DNA of 64,000 nucleotides, taken from positions 627 through 64,626 of the forward strand of contig CAVORD010000003.1 of the NCBI GenBank assembly GCA_963698535.1, written 5' to 3'. Below are positions 39,069 through 49,312 of this stretch, one piece after another. A program made the position numbers and the translations under genes. This DNA comes from an uncultured Bacteroidales bacterium (GTDB lineage: Bacteria; Bacteroidota; Bacteroidia; Bacteroidales; VadinHA17). Each line of letters starts with the position of its first letter. Within the stretch, counting starts at the first letter, position 1. The notes beneath the pieces are model-generated. The model was given only the letters and a program-made list of their open reading frames with translations. It did no database searches and had not been told where the DNA came from.

Positions 39069-39748
39069 ACTGACTGTACAGCGTCATTAAGTGATTCAAA
39101 CCTCTTTCTGTAGTCCTCCATGGAGCGGCGGATAACCTTATGGGCCTCTTTCTTGCCATAAACATGGGTTATCTCGCAATCAGCCTTGTTACCCGGCAGA
39201 TCCTTATAGGTCAGGAAATAGTGTTTGAGCCTGTTCACTACCACCTCCGGTAACTCCGAGATATCCTCGTAATGGGCATAAACAGCGTCGTGATGCAGTA
39301 CGGCAATTAGCTTGTCATCTGCCTCATTGCCATCGATCATCCGGAATCCGCCTATCGGCTTGGCAATCACAAGGACATTCCCGTGTGCGATCTCTTTCTC
39401 GGTAAGAACGCAAATATCTATTGGGTCATTATCGCCTTTAATATCTGCTCTCCCGGTGCTTTCACGGCACAGTTGGGCTACCTTTTCGCCGCTGACGGTA
39501 AGAGGCAGAAAGCCATATGGAGCAGGTACAACATTAGAGTATTTCTGTGGCCTGTCAAGCCTGAGGTAACCTGATACCTTATCGACCTCATATTTGACGG
39601 TATCGGTCGGTACCATCTCAATAAAACAGGTTACAACCTCGGGTGCATTCTCACCAATATCAATACCATGCCATGGGTGTGACATATATCGCAGTCCCAT
39701 CAGTCGGCCTATGGGATCAAGAAGCCTGTCGTTCAAAATTCTTTTCAT
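39065..39748 (-). CDS. ppa: Inorganic pyrophosphatase (family I)
   Basis: It has the ...DNDPIDICVL... and PYGFLP motifs. The start was taken at MKRILNDR (39748), 7 nt from the murF stop. Confidence 0.8.
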   Translation of the reverse strand: MKRILNDRLLDPIGRLMGLRYMSHPWHGIDIGENAPEVVTCFIEMVPTDTVKYEVDKVSGYLRLDRPQKYSNVVPAPYGFLPLTVSGEKVAQLCRESTGRADIKGDNDPIDICVLTEKEIAHGNVLVIAKPIGGFRMIDGNEADDKLIAVLHHDAVYAHYEDISELPEVVVNRLKHYFLTYKDLPGNKADCEITHVYGKKEAHKVIRRSMEDYRKRFESLNDAVQSV

Positions 39749-39755
39749 CTTACTA

Positions 39756-41072
39756 TTATAAATATTCAAATATTTTCTCCAGTCCAACTCCTCTGCTGCC
39801 CTTAACCAGCACGAGAGAATCAACAACAGGGTTCTGCTCTAACTCCTTGGCAAGATCGAGGGTATGTGGGAACCAATTGTATCTGAAAGGCTCATTAACA
39901 TAACCAAAATGATCTCCCACAATATAGACCTTATCTATACCGAACTCCTTCAACTGGGAGAGGATAAATTCATGTTCCTGATAGGAATTTTCTCCCTGTT
40001 CCAGCATATCACCCAGTATCACAGCCTTTGTTTTTCCGTCCATCACCGAGAATGATCTCAATGTCTCGATCATACTTGTAGGGTTTGCATTATATGCGTC
40101 GCAGATTATGGTGTTTCTCTTTGTATCAAGGATCTGAGAGCGATTATTGGAAGGGACATATGACTGAATGGCGGCAATTATCTTGTCGATATCAATATCA
40201 AAGAAAATACCTACCGCAATGGCAGCCCGTATATTTTCAATATTATGTTTCCCGAAAAGACTTGTTTTCAGGTAATAAACAACGCCATGCAGAGTTACCG
40301 AAAGATTAAGATTAAGTGAGTCATCAACTGTTTTAACGACTACATCAACACCTGTAGGGTCACTGTAGGGCACAGCTTTAACCACCTTCCTGAATACCAG
40401 GTCTTTAAGAGTGGGATTAGCCTCGTTGAATATTGCTATGCCCTTGTTTGCCCTAAGCCAGTCGTAGAGTTCTCCTTTCCCCTTTATTACTCCTTCCAGT
40501 GATCCAAAGCCCTCTACATGAGCTTTGCCAATATTGGTAATTATCCCATAGTTGGGTTCTGCTATTTCACAGAGAGCTGCTATTTCTCTCTGGTGATTTG
40601 CCCCCATCTCAATAACCTGAAAGCCAGCATTGTTATCTGCCTCCAGTAATGTAAGAGGGACACCTATATGATTATTAAGGTTTCCTGTGGTGCTATGCAC
40701 CCTGAATTTTTGAGAGAGGACCCTTGCAATAAGCTCCTTGGTTGTTGTTTTTCCGTTTGATCCGGTTATTGCCAGTACCGGAACATTTAATTCCCTTCTG
40801 TGGTGACGTGCCAGTTTTTGCAAAGCCACAAGAGAATCTTTTACTATATATAAACCCACACCACTATTCGACGGATTGTCGGTTACGACAGCCGAAGCTC
40901 CTGAGGCCAATGCTTCTCTGACATATTCGTTACCATCATAATTGTCGCCCTTTATTGCAAAAAAGAGATTACCCGGTCTGATCTTTCTGGTATCGGTAGA
41001 TATTCCGGTAGACTTTTTAAACAGACGATATAATGTGATTGTATCCATAAATGAGTAAAAAAACCCCATCAT
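39756..41072 (-). CDS. murF: UDP-N-acetylmuramoyl-tripeptide--D-alanyl-D-alanine ligase
   Basis: It has the TGSNGKTTTKE P-loop and Mur-ligase domains. Confidence 0.9.
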   Translation of the reverse strand: MMGFFYSFMDTITLYRLFKKSTGISTDTRKIRPGNLFFAIKGDNYDGNEYVREALASGASAVVTDNPSNSGVGLYIVKDSLVALQKLARHHRRELNVPVLAITGSNGKTTTKELIARVLSQKFRVHSTTGNLNNHIGVPLTLLEADNNAGFQVIEMGANHQREIAALCEIAEPNYGIITNIGKAHVEGFGSLEGVIKGKGELYDWLRANKGIAIFNEANPTLKDLVFRKVVKAVPYSDPTGVDVVVKTVDDSLNLNLSVTLHGVVYYLKTSLFGKHNIENIRAAIAVGIFFDIDIDKIIAAIQSYVPSNNRSQILDTKRNTIICDAYNANPTSMIETLRSFSVMDGKTKAVILGDMLEQGENSYQEHEFILSQLKEFGIDKVYIVGDHFGYVNEPFRYNWFPHTLDLAKELEQNPVVDSLVLVKGSRGVGLEKIFEYL

Positions 41073-41109
41073 GTTGCCATAATGAGGTTATTATTTGGTT
41101 TAGATTTTC

Positions 41110-42592
41110 TTAGAAACCTGAGGGGCTACCTACTCTGATCATGGCGCATCTGAAGCCAATATCATCGCGTGAAGCTTCCTGGTCGAGGTATCTGCGTGTT
41201 GATGGGTTAAGCCAGAAAGCTCTGTCTTTCCATGAACCGCCTTTATAAACCCTGGATTTGTCATTTATCAGTGTTACATAATCACCATCGGCCTGACTGT
41301 ACATCCTCATTGATCCCGGTACGTTGTCATCTGTTACCCAGTCAACTCCCGGTGAGATGCTTGATCCAAGGTCACCGTCCCTGTAATTTCTGTAGTCGCC
41401 TTTCTGGTAGTTATATCTGTTTGCAACGTCGGCTGCTTTAACAGTATCATAAACCATACGACCGAGTTTATCTTTCTCAACGAGTTCCCCGTTGGCATCG
41501 CGTGCCAGATCAGTGAAAACATTACCTCTGAAAGGGTTGAAGGCATCAACATCTTCATATGACATAGGTCTGTAAACATCCTGTACCCACTCGTTGACGT
41601 TACCTGCCATGCAATAGAGACCGTAATCGTTAGGCCAGTATGATTTTACATCCACGGTAATACTACCATTATCGTTAAGGCTACCGGCAACACCCATAAG
41701 GTCACCACTTCCGCGAACGAAGTTAGCCATCATCTGTCCTCTGAATTTAGGGGCACTGTTTCTTACATTATGTCCGTCCCATGGGTAAATTCTTCTTTCA
41801 TATACTCTCTCTTCGAAAGTATTACCTCTGAGACCAAATGCTGCAAATTCCCATTCAGCTTCGGTAGGGAGGCGATACCTCGGAAGGATGATACCATCTT
41901 CAATAGATATCTTTCTGCCCTCTTCACCGCCTGGCACAGGCATTAGATCTTTTATAACACCCTCATATTTACCTGCGAGGAGTGCTTCTGTGTGAAAGTT
42001 GTTCTCATTCTGCTGATTTGGATCAGGCTCAAGATAACCTGAGCTGATAAGCAATTGCTCATTAACCCTGTCTGTTCTCCAGATGCAATAGTCATTAGCC
42101 TGAACCCAGTTTACACCTACAACAGGATACTCATTATATGAAGGATGCCTGAAATAGTACTGTACATAAGGTTCGTTGAATCCCAGTGGACTTCTCCATA
42201 CCAGTGTATCGGGGAGTGCTCTTCTGTATACTTCGGGATAGTCGGTGTATATCCTTCTCAACCAGAAAAGATACTCCCTGTAGTCAACGTTTCTTACTTC
42301 TGTTTCATCCATATAGAATGATGAAACGGTTACTCTTCTTGGGGTATTATTCCAATCGAACATCACGTCATCCTGAACACGGCCCATTGTAAAGGTACCA
42401 CCTTCAATAAGCACCAGGCCGGGGCCTGTTTCCTGCTCGTACGTCCATCATGACCTGAAATCCACCATTGTCCGGATTATTATATGCCCATCCTGTAGTC
42501 TGAGACTCATTGGAATTGCCCTTTTTGCCGAAGCATGATACACACAGCACTGCAGTCAGAATTACGACTGAAAAGGCCAGATATCTTCTCAT
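41110..42592 (-). CDS. gldJ: Gliding motility lipoprotein GldJ (SUMF1/FGE-type domain); one frameshift near 42445
   Basis: It has a lipobox (LCVSC), TTGWAYNNPDNGGFQV, then QETGPGLVLIEGGTFTMG in a shifted frame, with sulfatase-modifying-factor-like repeats. It lies beside porU/porV, as in Flavobacterium. Confidence 0.8.
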
Positions 42593-42677
42593 AATTTTGT
42601 TAGTTTTAATAGCTTATAACAATCACCAAATATAGAAAAAATAAGAACTCTCAATAAATTTTCTAACTCAAATATAA

Positions 42678-43643
42678 CTACAATTTAGGAAAATTTATTG
42701 TTTGCCTGTTATTTCTTTTATCAACATTATATAAACGGATGGCAATACCGGCGCTGTGGAAGGCTGTTAAAGGCAGGGAGTAACCCTTCTTCACTCCCGT
42801 ATTTAGCCGGTAACAATAACTAAATCCTATCGATTCCGATCTGAATCCAAAACCGCCCTGAACAGCCGTATGACGGTCTTTTCCGACATTCAGCCCTCCG
42901 TTGATTGAAAAATCTCCTGACTCTAAAGAAACGGTCTGGACAAAATTGTAATCATCTTTTGACAGGGCCGATGACAAAGCAGGAACAATTACCATGTTGA
43001 TAAATGAAGGAGAATACCTGTATGATGTATACCCGTAGAGGGTTCTTTTAAGCCTGTGATCAGGATTTTTCGATCCGGTCAGATCAGGTTTGTTTAGATA
43101 GTCGGCTGCCCATGAGACAAAAAAGATATCATTATAGAGTACTCCTCCGGCGCTGACATTTACGACGCTCCTCGATAATCCTGCAAACTGATCGGCCGAC
43201 TGGCCAATGGGACCGTAAACGGGGTTTATCTGATCCTGGAAGATAATTTTGCCGCCTCTCACTGCAGTATTGATCACAGAGATAGCCAGTCCCGACGATG
43301 CAAACAGGTTGCGCGCTATGCGAAAATGATAGGCATAACCGGCTCCCCCGCTCATCTGTCCGTACACATCACCAAGCTGGTTACCTAAAGCCCATGCCGA
43401 TATCCCGCCATGCAAACCGTCAAAATTCCCGCTCCACTGTGCAAAGTAAGAGCCAAGGCCAAACCCTGATGCCGGATAAACAGATGTGTAACTTATTCTT
43501 ACAACCTGACCTCCCTCCAGACCTGCAAAAGCCGGATTATGCGGTAGAATGCCCTCTGTTGTACCGGTAAAGACCAGATCCTGACCTAAAAGTGCTCCGG
43601 TCAGGTTCAAAAAGAATAATAGTGATGCAACTCTGTTAAGCAT
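42678..43643 (-). CDS. PorP/SprF-family T9SS outer-membrane protein (probable)
   Basis: It has a signal peptide, NPAFAG near the N-terminus, GYAYHF, YGYTSYRY and a C-terminal HS.GIAIRL, which is beta-barrel patterning typical of the family. Confidence 0.6.
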   Translation of the reverse strand: MLNRVASLLFFLNLTGALLGQDLVFTGTTEGILPHNPAFAGLEGGQVVRISYTSVYPASGFGLGSYFAQWSGNFDGLHGGISAWALGNQLGDVYGQMSGGAGYAYHFRIARNLFASSGLAISVINTAVRGGKIIFQDQINPVYGPIGQSADQFAGLSRSVVNVSAGGVLYNDIFFVSWAADYLNKPDLTGSKNPDHRLKRTLYGYTSYRYSPSFINMVIVPALSSALSKDDYNFVQTVSLESGDFSINGGLNVGKDRHTAVQGGFGFRSESIGFSYCYRLNTGVKKGYSLPLTAFHSAGIAIRLYNVDKRNNRQTINFPKL

Positions 43644-43740
43644 AACTTTGTTTACAACAATAGAAACGGGGTAAAAGCGTTTTATATTTTAACCTCATTG
43701 CAAAAGAAGTAATAATGCGAAACTTTTCCATAGCCTCTCC

Positions 43741-43748
43741 TATATTTG
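43741..43748 (+). promoter_or_regulatory. -7 promoter element (TATATTTG) immediately upstream of porU
   Basis: An exact TAnnTTTG match ends 7 nt before the ATG at 43756. Confidence 0.4.
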
Positions 43749-43755
43749 CATTCTT

Positions 43756-46700
43756 ATGATGAAAAGCCGATTCATATTACTTCTTCTTGCCCTGACGGCT
43801 ATGTCGGACCTATCTGGACAGGCGATAATGAGCGGGGAAGCGTTTGGTGTTAACTCAGTACTTTCGCAGGGAACATGGTACCGGATCGGATTAAAGGATG
43901 AAGGGGTTTACCGTATTGATTACAGTCAACTAAAGGATATTGGCTATAGTGGTTCCGGTGAACCAAGGATCTACGGTAACAATTTTGGTCAGCTCTCATA
44001 CTATAATGCCGACCCCAGACCTGATGATCTTGTTGAGGTTCCTGCTCAGATAGTAAGGGGTAGCGATGGGATCTTCAATGAAGGTGATTATTTGCTTTTC
44101 TATAGCCCTTCAGCCGACAGATGGACGTTCTCGGGCAAATATGAATATAAAAGGCATGCCTATTCCGATTCAGTTTTCTATTTCCTGCGATTCCTGCCCG
44201 GGACAAATCCCGGATTGTCATCCGATAACCAGCCGGCATCTGCTCCAACCAGATTTTCATCAGCGTGTGATTTCCGATTCTACCATGAAGTTGAATCGGA
44301 GAACATAATTAAATCAGGCAGAGAGTGGTACCAGCCTGTTTCTGTAAGCTCACCTCTTATCATAAGGCCGTCATTCGGCACCCTGATCCCTGCCGATTCA
44401 GTTTCCTATAGCTTCAGAGTGGCTGCAAGGGGACAGGTGCCTACAACATTCCGGATAACAGAGGGTGGTGTAACAAGGGACAACCTGTTGGTCCCGGAGG
44501 TCAATATATACAGTACTACAGGCACTTATGCCCGAACCATGGCCAGCGAAGGAAAGTTCATACCTTCCGGTCCTGACCCGGTAATTGAGGTATCGTTCCA
44601 CAGCAACGGCGACTCCTCAGGCAAAGGGATGGGTAGATAATATCATATTAACAGGAAGAAGTCTCATCAGCTACAAGGGGACCCTGCTGAAAATAACCGA
44701 CTCACGTCTTCCTGCCGATGGCTCTGTGGTTGAATACAGTGGTGAGACCGGAGGATCTTCCGGTTTACTATTGTGGAATATAACTGACCCTCTAAATCCT
44801 TCCGTTGTCTCCTACTCCACTGTTGGAAACACCATTAAGTGGAAAGTGATTTCAGACAAATTGAAAAGCTATATTCTTTTCTCAGCCTCTTCACTGCCAC
44901 ATCCGGTTATATTTAAGCAACAGGTGACGAACCAAAATCTGCACGCCACCGGTCCGGCCGACATGGTTATTGTAAGTCATCCACTCTTCCTGGACCATGC
45001 AAGAAAAATTGCCGATATACACCTGAACAACAGCGGATTAGTATCTGTTATTGTTACGCCACAGATGATTTACAATGAATACAGCGGAGGTATAGCAGAC
45101 ATTAGTGCGATAAGAAACTATCTGAGGATGATGTGGACAAGACACAGATCGTCTGACCACCCCTTGAAATACCTTCTTATCGTTGGCGACGGATCAATAG
45201 ATAACAGGACTCTGCCTCCCAAAAATCCCAACTTCGTCCCAACTTATCAGACTCAGAATTCAACAGTTATTGTCTCCTCATTCATGTCAGATGATTTCTA
45301 TGGCCTTCTTGATGAGGCAGAGGGAGAAGCTGAGGGCTACCTCGATCTTGGTATTGGACGAATGCCTGTCTATGACACAACTCAGGCAGGCATAATGGTT
45401 AGGAAAATAGAGAGATATATAAACGATCCGGAAGAGGGTGCCTGGAAGAATATAATCTCACTAATAGCCGATGATGAGGACTTTAATATACACATGAATG
45501 ATGCTGAAGGTCTTGCCTCTTTAATAGAATCAACCAATCCGTGGATAAACCTGGAGAAGGTCTATTTTGATGCTTACAGACAGATAAGCTCTGCAAGCGG
45601 ACATTCATATCCCGATGCAACGTCAGCTATTTCAGACAGGATAAATTCAGGAGCTCTTATTGTAAACTATCTGGGCCATGGCAATGAACTGGGACTTGCT
45701 CACGAAAGAGTAGTAAAGACAGAGACAATAAATTCATGGAGGAATAAGAACAGGTTGCCGCTGTTTATTACCGCGACATGTGAATTCAGTCGTTTTGATG
45801 ATGTGGAACTGAATACTGTTACAGGTGTGAGGATACCCAAAAGTTCAGCAGGAGAGATGGTGCTTCTCAACCCCGACGGAGGAGGCATTGCGCTTCTCAC
45901 CACAACAAGGATAGTCTATTCGGCACCTAACTACACCCTTAACAAGAACCTTTACAATTTTGCTTTTACCATTGACAGTACAGGCAATGCACTTCGGCTG
46001 GGCGATGTAATGAGACTGGCCAAGATAAATTCAGGAGGAGGCAGTAACAAAAGGAATTTTAGTCTGCTGGGGGATCCCGCTTTGAGGATCACATTCCCAT
46101 GGAACGGATTTGTCAAGACCGATTCGATAAACGGCAAACATATTTCACAGACTTTAGATACGATCAGGGCCCTCTCAACATTAACATTGTCGGGGCATAT
46201 TGAAGACAACTTCGGAAACATCGACAATAGCTTCACCGGACTGGTATACATTACCCTCTATGACAAGGCTGCACAGGTTAGTACACTGGCTAATGACGGC
46301 GGAACACCATTCACATTTAACGCCAGGAACAATATTCTTTTCCGTGGCAAGACCCAGGCTGTAAATGGCAAATTCAGAACATCCTTTCTTGTACCCAAGG
46401 ATATCAATTACAATTTCGGCAAAGGAAAGATCAGCTATTATGCTTCAGGCACCAGCGGTACAATGAGAGGAAGCTTTGAGGGTGCTGTCGTTGGCGGATT
46501 TAGTGATCCGGGTATATCAGACATGACCGGACCTGACATTAGACTGTTCCTTTATGATACACTCTTCAGAGAGGGGGGGATCTCTGATGAGAATCCAAGG
46601 TTGCTGGCCATAATAACAGATGAGGGTGGTATCAATACAACAGGTAATGGCATTGGCCACGACATAATAGCATGGATCGACGGTGATCAGTCAAACTCGA

Positions 46701-47180
46701 TCGTACTTAATAACTGGTTTGAGGCCGACCTCGACAGTTATAAAAGCGGCAAAGTTGTGTTTAGTCTATCCGGATTAGATCCAGGAGTGCACACCGTTAC
46801 CCTAAAGGCCTGGGATAACTTCAATAATTCAGCTACCGGAAACCTGACATTCGAAGTGAGTAGACGAAAACAGGTTTCTGATCACCGGCATTATAAATTA
46901 TCCAAACCCGTTTACGGAGGGAACCTACATTACCGCCAGCCACAACAGGCCGGAACAATCACTTGATATCACAGTGTCGCTGTATGACAATTCCGGAAGA
47001 TTAATAAGGGTGCTTAAAGAGTCAGCCTTTAGTTCCGGACTAACGGTTCCTCCTCTGTATTGGGACGGCAATGACAGCGGTGGAGCAAGAGTTAAATCAG
47101 GCATCTATCATTACCGGTTATCAATAGAGACTGTGGCTCATGAAGTGACTACAGGCTTTGGACGACTCATAATTTTGTAG
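43756..47180 (+). CDS. porU: T9SS sortase PorU (C25 gingipain-like peptidase); two frameshifts (~44620, ~46862)
   Basis: About 1,140 aa are spread over three ORFs. The central region is C25-like and the C-terminal tail reads ..NYPNPFTEGTYI... The gene lies directly upstream of porV. Confidence 0.85.
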
Positions 47181-47210
47181 TTACACAATAAGTGAAGACA
47201 TTATTTGTTT

Positions 47211-47218
47211 TATATTTG
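47211..47218 (+). promoter_or_regulatory. -7 promoter element (TATATTTG) upstream of porV
   Basis: A TAnnTTTG match lies 22 nt upstream of the ATG at 47241. Confidence 0.4.
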
Positions 47219-47240
47219 TTACCCTAATAAAAATATTTGT

Positions 47241-48410
47241 ATGACATTCAGGAACTTGTTAACAGCGTTATTACTCCTTGTTTTGACCCTCCCGGCTGAG
47301 ATAAATGCCCAGAGTAATACGGGTGAGCTCAATGCAATACACACTGTTGTACCGTTTCTCACTATTGCACCTGACTCAAGAGCTGGTGCCATGGGTGATG
47401 CAGGCGTAGCATCCTCCCCCGATATTTACAGTATGCACTGGAATCCTGCCAAGTATGCTTTCATCGATGGCAACAAGGGTTTTGCTATCTCATATTCACC
47501 CTGGCTAAGATCACTTGTTCCAGATATAAATATTGCCTATCTCACCGGATACAGGCGTATTGACAGCAGGCAGGTTATTGCCGCAAGCCTGATATACTCT
47601 TCTCTTGGCGATATTCCATTTACCGATGATTTCGGCAACCTCGAAAGGAACTTCAAACCCAATGAATTTGCTATTGATGCAGCTTACTCCAGACTTTTTT
47701 CCCAATATCTTTCAGGGAGTGTTGCATTTCGCTTTATATACTCCAACCTTACCGGAGGATCTTACTCGGGAGGTGTTGAGACAAAACCAGGTGTATCATT
47801 CGCGGCAGACATTGCAGGCTATTATGTTAAGGAGGCTGACATTATGGGAAGAGATGGTAACTACTCCTTCGGTCTTAATTTTTCGAACATTGGTGCAAAG
47901 ATGAGTTACGCCGAGTCAAGGGACCCCGACTTTATCCCGATGAATATGAAGCTGGGCACCTCAGCAGGCATGAATCTCGACAGATATAACCACATATCGT
48001 TATCACTGGATTTCAATAAGTTGCTTGTCCCCACCCCTCCTATCTACGACGCTGACATGCAGATCATTGCCGGCAAAGACCCCAACATACCGGTTCCACT
48101 GGCTATCTTCCAGAGCTTTTATGATGCTCCGGGAGGTTTCTCAGAAGAACTCCGTGAGATCACAGTTTCACTGGGTGCGGAATACTGGTACAACAATCAG
48201 TTTGCCATAAGGACAGGATATTTTCACGAAGATGCTTCCAAGGGCAACAGAAAGTACTTTACAGCGGGTGCAGGTATCAGGCTAAATGTTATTGCATTTG
48301 ATTTCAGCTATCTTATGCCACTTGCACAGAACCACCCACTGGCCAGGACACTACGTTTTTCCATTGCATTCGAATTTGATTCTCTAAAGAGTCTTAATAA
48401 AGCCAGCTAA
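47241..48410 (+). CDS. porV: T9SS outer-membrane shuttle/channel protein PorV (LptO)
   Basis: It has a signal peptide, then VPFLTIAPDSRAGAMGDAGVASSPD, which is characteristic of PorV. It has beta-barrel patterning and a C-terminal F-rich strand. Confidence 0.9.
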   Translation: MTFRNLLTALLLLVLTLPAEINAQSNTGELNAIHTVVPFLTIAPDSRAGAMGDAGVASSPDIYSMHWNPAKYAFIDGNKGFAISYSPWLRSLVPDINIAYLTGYRRIDSRQVIAASLIYSSLGDIPFTDDFGNLERNFKPNEFAIDAAYSRLFSQYLSGSVAFRFIYSNLTGGSYSGGVETKPGVSFAADIAGYYVKEADIMGRDGNYSFGLNFSNIGAKMSYAESRDPDFIPMNMKLGTSAGMNLDRYNHISLSLDFNKLLVPTPPIYDADMQIIAGKDPNIPVPLAIFQSFYDAPGGFSEELREITVSLGAEYWYNNQFAIRTGYFHEDASKGNRKYFTAGAGIRLNVIAFDFSYLMPLAQNHPLARTLRFSIAFEFDSLKSLNKAS

Positions 48411-48889
48411 TGGTTATCAGAACCGGTCAGGGAATAGATGTCCATAAGCTGGAGCCTGGCAGAGCTCTCTGGCTGGGAGGCATAAATATTCCATCGCCAC
48501 TAGGTTCAGTGGCTCATTCCGACGGAGATGTTCTTATCCATTCCATCTGCGACGCCCTCCTTGGTGCTGCAGCACAGGGTGACATAGGCAAGCATTTCCC
48601 GGATACAGATAATCGTTTTAAGGGTATCGACAGCAAATTATTGCTGAAAGAGTGCTGCAGGATAATTGGAGATCTTGGCTACACTGTCGGTAACATCGAC
48701 ACTACTATCCTTCTCGAGGCACCAAAGATCGCACCTTATGTGGGATCAATGAGAAAGACCATCTCGGAGGTTATGGGAATATCTGAAGATCAGGTTTCTA
48801 TCAAGGCCACAACAACGGAGACACTTGGGTTTACAGGAAGGAAGGAAGGGATAGCAGCCACAGCCTCCGTCCTTATCTTTAAAGATTGA
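48410..48889 (+). CDS. ispF: 2-C-methyl-D-erythritol 2,4-cyclodiphosphate synthase
   Basis: It has GQGIDVHKL and HSDGDV and is 159 aa long. Confidence 0.9.
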   Translation: MVIRTGQGIDVHKLEPGRALWLGGINIPSPLGSVAHSDGDVLIHSICDALLGAAAQGDIGKHFPDTDNRFKGIDSKLLLKECCRIIGDLGYTVGNIDTTILLEAPKIAPYVGSMRKTISEVMGISEDQVSIKATTTETLGFTGRKEGIAATASVLIFKD

Positions 48890-48935
48890 TTGTTTTTATT
48901 ACCACTTCTTTTTACATTTACAAAAACATCACACC

Positions 48936-49301
48936 ATGGATAAGAGAACCCTTGTCCTCGGCGCCAGTCCAAATCCCGACAGATTTTCATACAAGGCAAT
49001 GAGGAGTTTACAGAGGCGGAATATTGAGTTTGTTTCAGCAGGACTGAAGGAGGCAGTAACAGAGGAATTCACCATCCACAAGGGCATTCCGCCAAAATGC
49101 GGACCTATACATACTGTAACCCTTTATATGAGTGCCAAACACCAAAAGGATTACTACAAACAGATTCTTGACTTAAACCCTAAGAGGATAATTTTTAATC
49201 CCGGGACGGCCAACCCTGAGCTGGAATCGCTGGCAACAAGCAAAGGAATAAATTGTGTCAATGATTGTATGCTTATAATGTTAAGCAACGGCAACTATTG
49301 A
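48936..49301 (+). CDS. CoA-binding domain protein
   Basis: A 121-aa protein starting TLVLGASPNPDRFSY. Confidence 0.65.
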   Translation: MDKRTLVLGASPNPDRFSYKAMRSLQRRNIEFVSAGLKEAVTEEFTIHKGIPPKCGPIHTVTLYMSAKHQKDYYKQILDLNPKRIIFNPGTANPELESLATSKGINCVNDCMLIMLSNGNY

Positions 49302-49312
49302 TAGCAGGCCAG

